Source: Felis catus (taxonomy: Eukaryota). From it: a DNA stretch of 64,000 nucleotides. A model generated the notes under the pieces. It did not search any database, was not told the origin of the DNA, and was given only the letters and a program-made list of their open reading frames with translations. The position numbers and the translations under genes were made by a program. Location: assembly GCF_018350175.1 (NCBI RefSeq), contig NC_058368.1, forward strand, positions 198,836,001 to 198,900,000, given 5' to 3'. Positions 1 to 12,865 of this stretch are shown piece after piece (position 1 is the first letter of the stretch; each line of letters begins with the position of its first letter).

Positions 1-450
1 ACTGAGTAGAATCGTTATTATGGTTATTGACATTATGCAAAAGCAAATCATTGTGCCCAAATGGCCTAATTTTCTAAAACATGAAAACATAAATTCTTAA
101 GAAAGAATCTTTCTCTGATTATATTTAAAGACTTACATTTTACTCTGTTCTAGAATAGTTTCATTTAAAATGGTACTTGCCAAACTTCTTGAAAAGGTTA
201 AGTCTAAATATTTGAATTATTTAAATGAGTGGGTAGAGATTCATTAAGTGTAAAAATGCATGTGTCTACATGTTTGGGGCAATAAAAAAAGATGTCAATT
301 TCCCATATTTTTATATGGACTTTGATGTTTTTCTTTAATTAAAGCTCAAGTTTGGACATCTTTCTGTTTTTCCTTAATTAATAATGGCTTTTTAATGACT
401 TTTATATTAACAAGCAAATTAAGCTTTTTTTTTTTTTTTTTTTTTTTTAG

Positions 451-476
451 CTGAAAAAGGGAAAACAGCCTTGAAG
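451..476 (+). other. Candidate 26-nt microexon of unidentified host gene
   Basis: TATTAAC branch-like motif (~405-411), T24 tract + AG (425-450), exon CTGAAAAAGGGAAAACAGCCTTGAAG, donor AAG|GTAAAA. Reads xEKGKTALK (phase 1 to 0) or LKKGKQP*. Confidence 0.45.
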
Positions 477-1288
477 GTAAAACATAAGATTGCCAGATTG
501 CTTGAGCCTGTTAGAGTTAACAGAAATTTTTTATTAATATAGTTTTCTGCTCAGCACAGTTTTCTGCTCTAGGGAAATAGTCTTTAATGATTCTTATGTG
601 CAGTGCCCCTTTAATTATTTAGAACATTGGTTCTAGCAGTGTAGATGCAGAAAGTATGGAATATTTTGTTGAATTTGTACTAACTTCATATCAGGCCCAA
701 GACATTGCTTTTTTTTTTTTTTTTTTTTGGTAAAACACTTGATACAGATCTGTGTTTTTGTAGTTTTATCTGTTAAAAATGGAATACAAAAATTGTAATT
801 CCTTTAGTACTTGTTCTTTTTTGGATTCTAGTTAGTCAAGATTTTGCCATATGGTTCTGTAGCCATAGTAAAGCTGAACTGAAAAATGTGTGCTATTAAA
901 AATGTCATATTTCTAAGATGTTAAAGCAAGATATGGCTGTAATTGCTGGGTTTACTTTCACTGAAATTATTTTCGGAATAACATCTCTTCTCCAGCTCTG
1001 CTCACAAATATGTACAAATTTGTAACGAATTATGGTTGACATTACTTGATCCATTCTTTGTCAATTAAGATTATGCAACTACCACCCAATGGATGTCTGT
1101 CGTTCTCATTTGGATCTCCATGGAGTATGACATAATCTTTAAAAATCCATTCATTTTTAAGTTTCAAAAATCCATCTCATTTAAATTAACCTGAATGACA
1201 AAGCACATGGTAAATTTTAAACAGGTACAAAACGGTATACAGTGAACAATATTCTGTTTTTTTCATGTGCCCTGGTCTGCTGTACTTT

Positions 1289-1490
1289 ATTATTTTTTTG
1301 TTTATTTTTGAGAGAGAGAGAGAGAGACCGAGTGTGAGTGGGGGAGGGGCAGAGAGAGAGGGAGACACAGAATCCAAAGTAGGCCCCAGGCCCTGAGCTG
1401 TCAGCACAGAGCCTGACACGGGGTTCGAACCCATGATCTGTGGGATGATGAGCTGTAGTCAGACCATTGACCGAGCCACGCAGGTGCCCC
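1289..1490 (-). mobile_element. CAN-SINE (tRNA-derived)
   Basis: Reverse complement of GGGGCACC.. head, (CT)n and A-tail; TSD tggtctgctgtacttt / tagtctgttgtacttt. Confidence 0.93.
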
Positions 1491-1829
1491 TAGTCTGTTG
1501 TACTTTAAAACTCTCATCCTTCAACCTAGCTACTTGCTTAGGAGACTTTGAAGGTGAAAAGATTAGAAACACCAACTTAATGAATTTTGCTTAACAATAT
1601 GAATGTGGACCGTATATTAATGATGTAATTATCTTAAAGATACTTCTAAGACACGTGCAGTAAGGTGCCGTAATCATTTCAGGAAAGTTAATTTTAACAC
1701 TTTAGTCTCTAGGTTGTTACCTTGAATTTTAAGCAGTTATGGTGGGGGGAGGTAATTTATAGGAACTCCAACTCTCATTTCTGGAGAAGACTTATTTTGG
1801 AATATGAGGATATGCATCTAAAAATCATA

Positions 1830-2440
1830 CTTTATTTTAATTATGAGAATCTTCAAAGATAGAGATAAGTACAAAAAATGACATGACAGTGAAACTCATC
1901 CACCCATTACCCAGATTCAGCACATTTTAACATTTTACCATATTTGTTCAGATCTCTTCCTTAAATCAGTAAAGATGCATTTTCAAAACCCCTTCCCTCA
2001 CTTCTTAAGTGAGTGTATCTTGAAGTTGGTATCTTTCCCAACATACATTTTTATACTTCTAATACATATGCATGTATCTCTAAGTAATATACAGTAATGT
2101 TTTGTGTGATAAAAATTTACATAAGTGGTGTCTTAGAGTGTATACTTTGTCATGCTTTTTTCATTACGTTTTTTGAGCTTATATGATATATGTAAATCTA
2201 ACTTATTTATTTTCATTGATATATTATGTTCCAAGGCATGACTGTGCCATAATTTTATTTATTTATTCTTATTGATAAACTTTTAGGTTGTTTCTGGATT
2301 TTTGAGATGACAAACAAAGCTGTTGACGAATATCTTTGTACATGTTTCCTTGTGTATATATGCAAGCATTTCTAAAGTGTATATGTGTCAAATTGGAATT
2401 GCTGGATCATAGGATACACACACATTTAACTTGATGGGTA
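1830..2440 (-). mobile_element. Ancient L1 (L1M-type) 3' end fragment
   Basis: Typical antisense L1 3' text (ttattcttattgataaacttttaggttgtttc...ggaattgctggatcatagg); boundaries approximate. Confidence 0.7.
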
Positions 2441-2474
2441 TTTAACTTGGCACTTTGGGTTCAGAGATGACAGA

Positions 2475-2645
2475 CAATAAGGCTCTGAGGTCAGACCATC
2501 TGGATTTAAATCCCTCTTACTGTGGACCAGCAGAATAATATTGAGCAAAAACTTAAATCCATTTCCTCATCTGTAAAATGGGGCTACTCCTAGAACCTAC
2601 CTCATAGCAAATAGTGAGGATTGCCTGAGGATTGAGCACACAGAG
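2475..2645 (+). mobile_element. MIR SINE
   Basis: MIR core tttcctcatctgtaaaatgggg...acctacctcatag. Confidence 0.75.
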
Positions 2646-3374
2646 TACCCGGATTAACTTCTGGGTCTGTCCTCCTTCTCTGGACAGAGGTATTAAGAGC
2701 ATGAAATGGCACGTTCAGCTGTGCCTCGGATACCGTCACGAATGCTTGTTAAATACACAGAAGTGAAACAAAATCCAGTGTAGGGACAGGTATGTTTATA
2801 TACTTTTGAGAGTGCTTGAAGAATGAGTTCCAAATAGGAAAAAAAAAAAAATTAAAGTAATGAAGACCGTACACAATGTTACAACTTCCGTTAAATTATA
2901 AGCAAGTTGATTACTACCATCCAGATAGACTGTGTTCTTGTCAAACTGCTTTTCATCACTATGCCAACAAGACGCACTTTCCTCTGCTGTTGTGAGGAAA
3001 CTGGGAAAATCCAATCTTCTGGAGATTTTGACTTGTGAAACTCGATACTAAAGTGTGTTCTTTACAATGTTCCAGATAGGTCATTCTGCTTGAATTTTCT
3101 GATTTGTCAATTTTGCAGCACAGGTAGTAGCTCTGTCTTAAAGAAAGTAAGCAACTGTAGAATGTTGTACTTTGCCAATGCGTGAAAATGAGGGAGATGC
3201 TTGAACAAGCTGTGGACCTACCTGCAGGTTTCTAGGTTTCTGTGAGGCCTCACAGAAGCCCCGAAATCTGCTTTTTTATAGTGTGTCACTTGGTGTATTC
3301 TCATGATGTGATTGACGGGCTCGTTGTTTTCTCTTTGAAGGCCCGAGAGGTTGCTCGGATTATTTTAAGAGTGG

Positions 3375-3446
3375 ATTCTTACGTTGAGACTTAAATAGAA
3401 CGTCCTCACCAATTCTTACATTGAGACTTAAATAGAACGTCCTCAC
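3375..3446. repeat. Tandem duplication, 37-bp period, 2 copies
   Basis: attcttac(g/a)ttgagacttaaatagaacgtcctcac at 3375-3409 and 3412-3446, one mismatch. Confidence 0.95.
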
Positions 3447-4930
3447 GCCTTAAAGGTGGATTAGTTTGCATTACTTTCATTGCTTTTCAAGTGTTTTGGG
3501 AAATATTTAAGAGTCCTCCTAAAAACTGGATTTCCTGGAGTGTGTTTTCTTTGGGGAGCGACTTTAAGGATAAGTTGTAGACTTTTTCCGAAAGCTCAAA
3601 AGTTAACAACCAAAAGGTCCCGGTTAAAACAAATTACTTAATTAAAAAAAAAAAATGGGCATGAGAGAAAACCCCCATCGTATCTCTGCATCCCTTATAG
3701 TAAATCAGACCTGTGTGTGTTTTTAACAAAAACGAGGGTGTGCTTCCCGCCCCCCCCCTTCATTCTCTGTTTCTTTTGATCATTGATCTGGGTGACCCCA
3801 CGCTCAGGGTTTTTTTTCTTCATTTGACATGGACAGATTTTTGAAGTATAGCTCTCCTTTGGGAACCCCGGGCAGTTCCACTTGACTAACCTGTGATCTA
3901 ATGAGCAGTAATGCGGGGTTACAGTGGCCATTTTGTGTGCTTTGAGGAGGAGGATGGCTAGACAGAGTGGGAGAAAGGCGAGGTCTGAGGAGAAAAGGAG
4001 AGGCAGGGTGATCGAACAGTGTGAAAAAGACTTGTTAGCCCACATTAGTTTGCCTGATTTACTTCACAACAGGTCAGGAAAGGCCAACAGCATGGTTGTC
4101 GTTAAATTTGCAAAGTTGAAAATCCGGGTATTAGAAAGGATCTCTTTGAGATCTCAGAGCTATTAATTCCAAAGTTGGTTTTAACTCACCTTGGAGTTGC
4201 AGCACACAGGGTAGCATCACACTTTTCTTCGGTCTTCTGTATATTTATGAAATCATCATGTGACCCTAGATTCTTTTTTTTTTTTTTTTCCAAAAATTTT
4301 AAACATCCCATCGTGGTTGGGCCATTCTGCCATGAGAGGGAAGCCAAAACACTGAGCAAGTCATTGCACTTTTTTATGCTTGATGTTCGACTCTTAATGA
4401 GGCGCCCATGCTTTCCATTTAGAAATGTTGCAGAAGTGCATTTGTGAACTTCTATCTTGATAATCGGAGGAAGCTGTTAAATTTGTCTCTGCACATCTAC
4501 TCTGATGTACCCTGATGTGGGTTTGTGCGTGTGAGTGTGCACATGCTCGTAAGTCGTCCCCATAGAATACAGTCAGAGTAACTGAGATAACCAAATTAGA
4601 TTTCAGCATCCTTCTTTCTCTGCCTTAAGCTTAAACCAGTATATTTTGCATCTCACTTTTGTTTATGCCTTTTACATGAAAGCAAATAGACGACCTACCA
4701 AAAAATGTCCAGGTTTTTGGAACATGTCATTACTGGAGCCTAAAAATTATTTTCTTGAATTTATAATCTTTTTCTCTTCACATTCAGAAGTCTATATATT
4801 ACACTAAAAACATAATAGTTATTGATCACAACACTGCTTTTGTTTGACCACCAGTTCTGTAAGACTTGCCAATAAAAGCCATCTCACTGCGGGATTAAAG
4901 AGTAGTTGATACTATCAGCTTTTTTATTCT

Positions 4931-4932
<2 letters not shown>

Positions 4933-4978
<46 letters not shown>

Positions 4979-4984
4979 AGAGAG
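4933..4984. repeat. (GT)21(AG)5 microsatellite
   Basis: Direct reading. Confidence 0.97.
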
Positions 4985-6421
4985 TATTTAAAGCCTGTGT
5001 TTGAGATCTAAATGGAAGTCTATACAAATGGCGGACAGTGGCTCAAGCCCCATAATTGCATCTTGCCTCAGGGCATAGTATATATGTAGACTTATTCTTC
5101 TTTGTGCCATAAGAGTGCCTAGAAGGTGGACTAGCCTATGCTTACCATCTTGGGTCAGGTGCTTTGGCTGTGCTAAGGAGAATTGCTCAACAGAAAAAAA
5201 GGTACGTTAGACCAAATTAAAGCCTCACACAATGACCTTATGTGAAGACTTATCTGGAGAAACTCCTTTCTTTTTAGATATGCTTGCCTATCTGCAAATT
5301 GGCAAAAGGAAGTTTCCCAAAGCAGAAAGATACCTTGGTTCAGCATTTTAAGCATATCTTAGTGTTTTTGAATTTGATTAGTTATCTAACAAAACAACTG
5401 TTCATTGTTGCAACCAGTATTTTTTGCACACTTGCTCTGTGCCCAAATACTGTGTGAGGAGATGCAAAGATAAAGTATGGTCCCTTTCTTTCCTCAGGTC
5501 ACCTACGTATAACAAATAACCACAATATATTACGATATGAGCCAATAAAAATATGTAAAGAGTACTATGGGAACACAGGAGAGGCTGAAATTAATATGAA
5601 CTAACACATGTGCAATGTACAGTGTTTCACCTACATTATAACTGGTAATTCTTGATTGTCCTGGGAAACATGGTTTTACTTCCTTATGAAATAATAAATT
5701 ACCCAAGATACAACTAGTAACCCGAATCCACTTTCAACTGAATCCAAATTCAACTCATTTACTCTTTTCACTATACCCCAACAATCTTTCGTCATTGAAT
5801 TAAAAAAATTGATTTAAAAAAAAAAAAAAGAACTTTTTTCTTATCTTGAAGTCTTAAGTTCTTCTCGTGAATATTTTTTGCTGCTCTGGACAAGCCCCAG
5901 CTGCCAGTTTGCAGATGAGCCCTTTTTACAAGTGACTTCAATCAAAATAAGAGTGATACATTGAAGAAACTAAGCCAAGTATGTTTTTATATATTTGTGA
6001 AACAGAATGACTGTTGTATTCCAGTACTGGGGGGAGAAAGTCTGCTGATTTGGGCTTAACTTACTGTCCAGTTCATCTTTGTTTTTAGAAATAACACAAG
6101 ACTGAATTAGAGAACTGAGGACACCAGAGCAATTTCTGTAAACACACAACCTCCTCCATAAGTTTTCCTGACCATAACCCTACCTCTAGCAGCTTTTAGG
6201 GCTCCATTCATGTGTTTATATTTGTCAATTTTAGAAATGAGAGACAAGAAGAAAAGATAGAAAAGAGTCTTTGGAAGCAGAGGGAGCAAGTTAAGATCTA
6301 AAACAATGTGTTTTATTTGGGGAGTTGCCCATTCCAAAGAGAACAATACATTTTCTAAATGTAACCTTTTGTGTGCTTGCATGGGAAATACCCATCACAG
6401 AGTTAAAAAGGTACCTTTGCA

Positions 6422-6632
6422 GGGGCACCTGGGTGGCTCAGTTGGTTAAGTGACCAACTCTTGATTTCAGCTCAGGTCCTGATCTCAGGGTTCATGAGTT
6501 TGAGACCCACTTCAGGCTCTGGGTTGACCATGGGGAGCCTGCTTGGGATTCTGTCTCTGCCCCTTCCCCGCTCGTGTGTGCATGTGCTTGCATGCACTCT
6601 CTCTCAAAATAAACATTAAAGAAAAAAAAAAA
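6422..6632 (+). mobile_element. CAN-SINE
   Basis: ggggcacctgggtggctcagttggttaag head, CT-rich region, aataaa and A-tail; TSD acctttgca/acctttcca. Confidence 0.95.
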
Positions 6633-7254
6633 CCTTTCCATTAGATAATAGTTCCTTTTTTTGGTACCTCGTATTAAATACTTGTGCCACGCAGGTAACA
6701 TGTGATGGAGGAAGGTCAGACTGGGATTTTAGATCAACTCCTCTGACCTCAACGTGGCAGTGGATTCCTTAAATGCTCCCTATCTATAAAATGCTGCAGG
6801 CCCACTGAAGGAGAGAACACATTAGAAAATAACCTCTTAGCTCTCAAAAGAATTCTGAGTCTTGATTTATACCACTGTTGTTTTCTTTGCATAATATAAT
6901 GGCACCATATCTCTACTTCAGAAATAGCTGAATGTTCTTGTCAAGAGGGCTGCTAATCTACCTTTTAACGACTTAGCAAATATTCACTGGGGAAAGGGAT
7001 CTGTTTTGAGATCTTTGTAGGTGCCTAATACAGCTTCTCAAACATAGTAGATGCTCAGTAAATACTGTCAGATAAACAGCTCCGTGCCTGTGTGGGGCCA
7101 GGCAGTGCGCTGTGTAGTGAGTGACATGGACCAAGTCCCGGCCTTTGCACACTGATCCAAGTGGGCAGTTTTCAGAACTGTTTTTTCTTCATAGTGAGGT
7201 AACAGTAACTTATAAAGATGGATAAATTAGAAGATTTAAATAAAAATTAATGTA

Positions 7255-7462
7255 GAGGCACCTGGGTGGCTCAGTTGGCTGGGCGTCCGACTTCAGGTCA
7301 TGACCTCACAGTTTGTGAGCTCTAATCTCAAGTAGAGCTCTGTGCTGACACCTCGGAGCCTGGAGCCTGCTTCAGATTCTGTGTCTTCCTCTCTCTACCC
7401 CTTCCCTGCTCACACTCTGTCTCTCTCTCAAAAATAAATAAACATTAAAAAATTAAAAAAAA
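7255..7462 (+). mobile_element. CAN-SINE (feliform type)
   Basis: Head, gcctggagcctgcttcagattct segment, A-tail; TSD taatgtag. Confidence 0.95.
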
Positions 7463-8050
7463 TAATGTAGCATTTCTAAAAATGCTCTAAAGTTTTTATG
7501 AGCACCTTAAGAGAAAATGTTAACTTAAAATATCTATCTGAATCACGTGCCCCAGTACCTTTTGTGTTACTGTTAAGTTTATTTGTTGGGAATTTTCATG
7601 TTTTGCTCCCGAACTAAAAATCTTTAATATTGTCCTGTTACAACATAATTCAGGTATTTCTGCCATGATTCTGTAGAATTCTTTTTTTTCTCTAAACTTT
7701 AAGGAATGGAAGTACATTTAATGTATTAGAGACGTGGCAATTTCTAAGGAGCTCTAAATAAGTCTTTGAAACTGGTCATGGTAGAACTCAGAAATTTGGT
7801 GAACATCAAGATTAACTGGTATGACATTTGCTAAGGCAGGTGGTAAATGTCAAAAATGTATCTACTGGCCCTGTATAGCATATATGCATCAAGTCTTGAG
7901 AACTGTTGTGTCTCTGGGGTAATCATCTGAAATGCCTTTCATCTGTTTTACTAATTGTTACATAGACTAAACCCTGTTTAGAAACCTTCACACTGAGACC
8001 ACACTGAAAACACATCTGCGTTTAAAGATAGATTTTTTTTTTTTAGAAAA

Positions 8051-8075
8051 TGTATGTGTGTGTGTATATATATAC

Positions 8076-8109
<34 letters not shown>

Positions 8110-8121
8110 GTATCCATATAC
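8051..8121. repeat. Compound (TG)/(TA) microsatellite
   Basis: Direct reading. Confidence 0.9.
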
Positions 8122-11109
8122 ACTGGTACTTAAAACAATTTGTTTTTATAGCAGACCCTTGATATCCATCAGAGTATATTCTAAACTTCCCTTCTAGAGG
8201 AGTCCCTTAAATATTGTATAATGTTGATACTTAAGAAAGGAAAGAGTAAGTTAAAGCCATTTTTGTACATTTTTCTGAAATTATTTCCATAATTAATATT
8301 TCAGATGAGGTTTGACAACCCAAATCAGTCCTTTGATGGTTGGTATATGTGTAGGAAGCATTATTGCACTAGAGACCTTTACACATACCTTCTGCCTTTG
8401 GATTATGAGAATCTGCATATCCACTAAAGTAAATGCTAGCTCTTGATTAGGGAAAGATAGCAATCAGAGTTGCTCAACATGTGCCAAAGTGTGTGGAGAG
8501 AGCCAAAAGGCCCCCGCAGCATCCTTACCCTGGGGCCAAATGTTGCCCAAGTCTTTTTAGTTTGTGTTAGACCAGGTTTTGGGGTGCTGGTTTCTCAGAG
8601 TGAGCCCATCAGGATCTGGAGAACACCCTGGCCCAGGCATTTGGCCCAATGCCAGGATGTCTTTCATGTTTGAGTTGAGCTATGGAGCATGCACCTTAGA
8701 ACAGAGCAAACTCCTTAGACAAGACTTCTGTGAGCGCTCCACATTCAACAATAGGCACTATTCTCAGTGATTACCAAGAATTCAATTACGTGTCCTTTTC
8801 AACACTAAAGGGCTGCATCTTTAACATCAAAGCAAGGCTTTGTGTTTGTCCATCACTCATCCTTTATGAATACTTCCTTTATGTCTGCATTTAAATGTGC
8901 CTATAAAATGTATGTATGTGTATGGGATATAATTATGAAGCAGTTGGAGTTTTTTAAAAAATGCCTCAATGTGTATGAATACTGTCTCCTAAGCATAGAT
9001 TTTTAAAATTTATGACCTACTATGTTGCAGGAAAAAGTGATAAAAGCTGAAATGGTATAATTTGGATCTATTTTTCTATTTAAAATATATCTGGATTTTA
9101 AGACTTGTGCCATTATAAGATTTAGCAGCATAATTCTTTTATGCTGAAGATCGTCTGGATCCGGGTTATGACTGAGACCTGGTCAAAGATCTCTCTGGAA
9201 GCCAGCCCAGTAAGGGAGAGAAAAGCTTGCTGAGGCCTGATACTTAAGTGACCTTGGGATGAGAGGACAGGAGAAGACAGAAGAGATGCGGAGATGGTCC
9301 TTTTCAGAAATAGCGCAAAGACAAAGAGATTGATATTCCCTACATTTAAGACTACCATGAGAGTCTCTGTTATTATTACTATGTCTTATTTCAGCAGTGC
9401 CTTTTTTCCCATTGAATTAGTCTTCTGGCTAATATGAGCCATACAAGAAAAACTTTGTGTTTTTGTATTTGTTTTTTAATTTTTTTACATCCCACGCATG
9501 ATCACCTATTCACTAACGAATTTTTGCAAGTATTATGCATGTTTGTTTCATCCATCCATTTGTTCATTTACAATACATACTTATTGAGCACCTGCTTCCA
9601 TAGTTCAGGCCAATGAATTTTACTCTTTAAAGCCACACATCTTCGTCACAAGAGGTATTGACAAGAATATGCCAAGGATTCATTCAAAAGCCAAATGCAA
9701 AAGAATTCCAAATAGGTTTGGGGTATCACTTGGAATAAGTACATAGTATAGAGCTTCAAAAGGAGATTACTTTTGTGTGTATTTTAGCCCTAAAAGCTCT
9801 GGGGTGAACATGTATTGATTCCATATACTAGTGTTGTTGTTGTTTTTTTTTTTTTTTTAAAGCTTCCTCAGTCTGTCCATTAGCCACATGTAAGTAGCTG
9901 GAGGCAGGGGAGGGAGAGGAATGTACGGAAATGTGTCTGACTCGGGATGTCTCGTTTTCCAGAATCCCTGCCAAGGGCTGGCAAGCCCAGAAAGGCAGAG
10001 GCTGGCACCATTCCCTGCCGCTCTCCGCCCTCCATGGCATACCCCATCAGACGCCTGTTCTAGGCGTGACCTAGATTCCCTAGCTGATGCCTGGGTCCAG
10101 CCAGGCCCGTTGCTTTTTGTTTGTTTGTTTCCTCATCTCTTCATCTCAAGTCTCGTTTAGCCATTAAGTTAAAGAAATGCTCCAAAGGCCTGTGCCAAAA
10201 TGTGTCTGCCCTTCTTCTCGGTGGCACATGCCCAACTGTCAGTTGACAGGTGGGCATACCACCTGGGGAACAGTTAACTTCCCACAGCAGATGGAGGTTT
10301 ACTGGTCCAGGAGAAGGCCCACAACTGGGTTGCTGGAACAGATGCTCTGCAGACAGTCTCTGGATCTCAGTTTTCCTCACCCCCTCTGGCTCCGTCTTCC
10401 CTCACTGCATATGTAGATGTGAGTAGAGCTTTGTAGCATTACAGGTTTCCAAACATAAAATTTCTCTACTGACTCTCAGGTTTGAGTGACCATGTACAGG
10501 CCTTCCAAACTTTAAGAAATAAAGTCTGTAACAACAGAGATGAGTAGAACTCTGGAATCTTGAATAGTGACCTTAAAAACATAGGTTATGAAAACATTTA
10601 CATCAGCATTTGCCAAAAGGTGGTTTGGCTGGTGTGGGGGAGTGTTGACACTTTAATTGGCTTTTTCACTGCTCGATAGCACAATTTGGGTTTAAATCTA
10701 TTTGTGGTAGATGGTCACACATGAAGGTTGTACCTTCCAGATTTCCAAAGTGTGGAAGAAAAATTTCCTCTGTGGTTTGATACATTTCCTTGTTTTATTG
10801 CAAATAATTGAAGAAATGTCAGTGGAGTTCACTGCTTTCCAACCTAGTACTTAAAAATTTTAGAGGAAATTTAATCTAGTGAAACTTGTTTTTCAAATAA
10901 GAAAATAATAGTGTTTTCGTCCTGCCTTTCAGCCATAAGCCATCTGCATTATGACAAATGACTCATCAATTTTAGTAAAAGGAGTCTACGCTAGCTTATT
11001 ACAGCCTCTTGCAGATGTGTTACCGATACGGGTACCATGGTAGACTTTTTAGCTCAGCATTTGAAGGATTTTCTCCTTTCCATCTGTCCTCCTCCTTTCC
11101 TTCCCTATT

Positions 11110-11705
11110 GTGCAATACACGAAAAATGAAAAACTGTATAGAACGTATATATGTAGTTTGGAAGAACAGTACAGCGAATCCCAGTGTCCTCACAATCCAT
11201 GTCAAAGACTAGACCACCCCGGGCCTTTTCATTTCCATGCTTTTCATTTGAAGATGATCTCCCTCTCTCTCTACCCGGAAGTAATCACTGCCTTGAATTT
11301 TCTGCTATTTCCTTGCTTTTTTTTCTTTTTCTTTTTTTTTTTTTTTTTTTTTTTTAACCTGTGTCATCTATACATGGATCTCTAAATAATCCATAGTGGT
11401 GCCTATTTTGAACTTTATATAGACTGAGAACCATACTATAAACGTATTCTTTTGCAATTTTCTATTTTTGTTCGGGCTTATCTTCTTGAGGATCATCCAT
11501 GTTCATCTCTGAGGCTGTAGTTGATCTCTCTTAATTGCTGTGTCCTATTCCATCGTGGATATATCACCGTCTCTTAGCTGTCGATGGACCTTTTCCATTG
11601 TTACTTCTATTATTTGGATATTATCAAAACTGCTGTTGTGACCATTTTTGAATGTATCTTATGTATACATACAACTATTTCACAGTAGTGTATACCTAAG
11701 AATGT
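11110..11705 (-). mobile_element. Ancient L1 (L1ME-like) 3' fragment
   Basis: Antisense L1 3' text (ttgaactttatata...ttgaggatcatccatgtt...ctgctgttgtgaccatt...atacctaagaat); boundaries approximate. Confidence 0.65.
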
Positions 11706-11731
11706 AAAGAGTTAAAAGTACTATACATTTT

Positions 11732-11943
11732 GGGCTCGCCTGGGTGACTCAGTCTATTAAGTGTCCCACTTGGACTCAGGTCATGATCTCACTGTTTGGG
11801 AGTTTGAGCACTGCGTCAGGCTCTGTGCTGACAGCTCAGAGCCTGGAGCCTGCTTCACATTCTGTGCCTCCTTCTTTCTCTACCCCTCCCCTGCTCATGC
11901 TCTCTCTCTCTCAAAATTAAGTAAACATTAAAAAAAATTAAAA
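11732..11943 (+). mobile_element. CAN-SINE (feliform type)
   Basis: Head, body, (CT)n and A-tail. Confidence 0.95.
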
Positions 11944-12646
11944 ATTTTTTTTTCCTTTAAGTATGATTTTGCTCCAGGCTGCTTATTTATTTATGCATTT
12001 ATTTAAATAAATGCCTTAAATCCAGTGAAGGATGAAGGGCATTCTTGTAAAAGGTGTCCTTTCCTTTTGTGAAGTAGATTTTGTTGTGAATGGACATGGA
12101 ACTTTGTCAAATGGTTTTTTTCATAATTACTGGGAGGATTATGTGTTGTTTCCCTATTAATAGTAGCCTATTAATGTGGTAAATTACCTAAATTTATTAT
12201 CAACTAGTTAATCACCTTTGCATGGTATTAGATATGATGGCTGCAGAAGAAATGTCAAAAGTTCTCTACTCTTAATTAACTTACAGTGTAATTGAAGAGA
12301 CAAAACATGATTAAAGAAAAGTTAATAGATGCCACAAGGGTATATTGTAATTATTCGCCACATTAATGGGGCTTTGAGTTCAGTTGGCAAAAACCATTAT
12401 GGGCTGTAGTAGGCTGAGCCAGCTTCCTGGAGAGGGTCCTGGAGCTAAAACCGGAAGAATGGTTGTTTATCTTTTAGGACACTTTGAATAGCATTGCTTT
12501 GGTTTGCCAAATTACCTGCTTTTTGAAGTTTTAACACTGATTTCAAGTAATCATTCATATGGGGTCGTACTGGTCATATTGCATTTTGTCGGAAAAACCA
12601 CCCTGAGGATCTCCTCTGTTTCCAGCAAATGTTTTGCTGCTGTCCG

Positions 12647-12865
12647 TTTTTTTTTTTTTTAATATTTATTTTTGAGAGAGAGAGAGGAAGGAAGGAAGGA
12701 AGGAAGGGAGGGAGGGAGGGAGGGAGGGGCAGAGAGAGAATCCCAAGCAGTCTCTGCACCATCAATACAGAACCCGATGAGGGGCTTGAACTCATGAACT
12801 GTGAGATTATGACCTAAGCTGAAATCGAGTCAGACGCTTAACCAACTGAGCCAGCCAGGCACCCC
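12647..12865 (-). mobile_element. CAN-SINE with expanded (GGAA)n(GGGA)n tract
   Basis: Reverse-complement SINE; TSD gctgctgtccgtttt / gctgctgcccagtttt. Confidence 0.95.

Noticed and set aside
451..466. Minus-strand acceptor-like TTTTCCCTTTTTCAG overlapping the microexon candidate
   Set aside because: It would lead straight into an A24 run; the + strand reading explains the site better.
3375..3446. 35-bp repeats of CRISPR-like length
   Set aside because: Only two adjacent copies with no spacer, in eukaryotic DNA with no cas genes.
6422..6520. tRNA-like A/B-box sequence, repeated in every SINE head
   Set aside because: tRNA-derived SINE heads, not tRNA genes; no cloverleaf.
9123..9147. TAGCAGCA (miR-15/16-like seed) with a short stem
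   Set aside because: Rest of the mature sequence does not match and the stem is far too short for a pre-miRNA.
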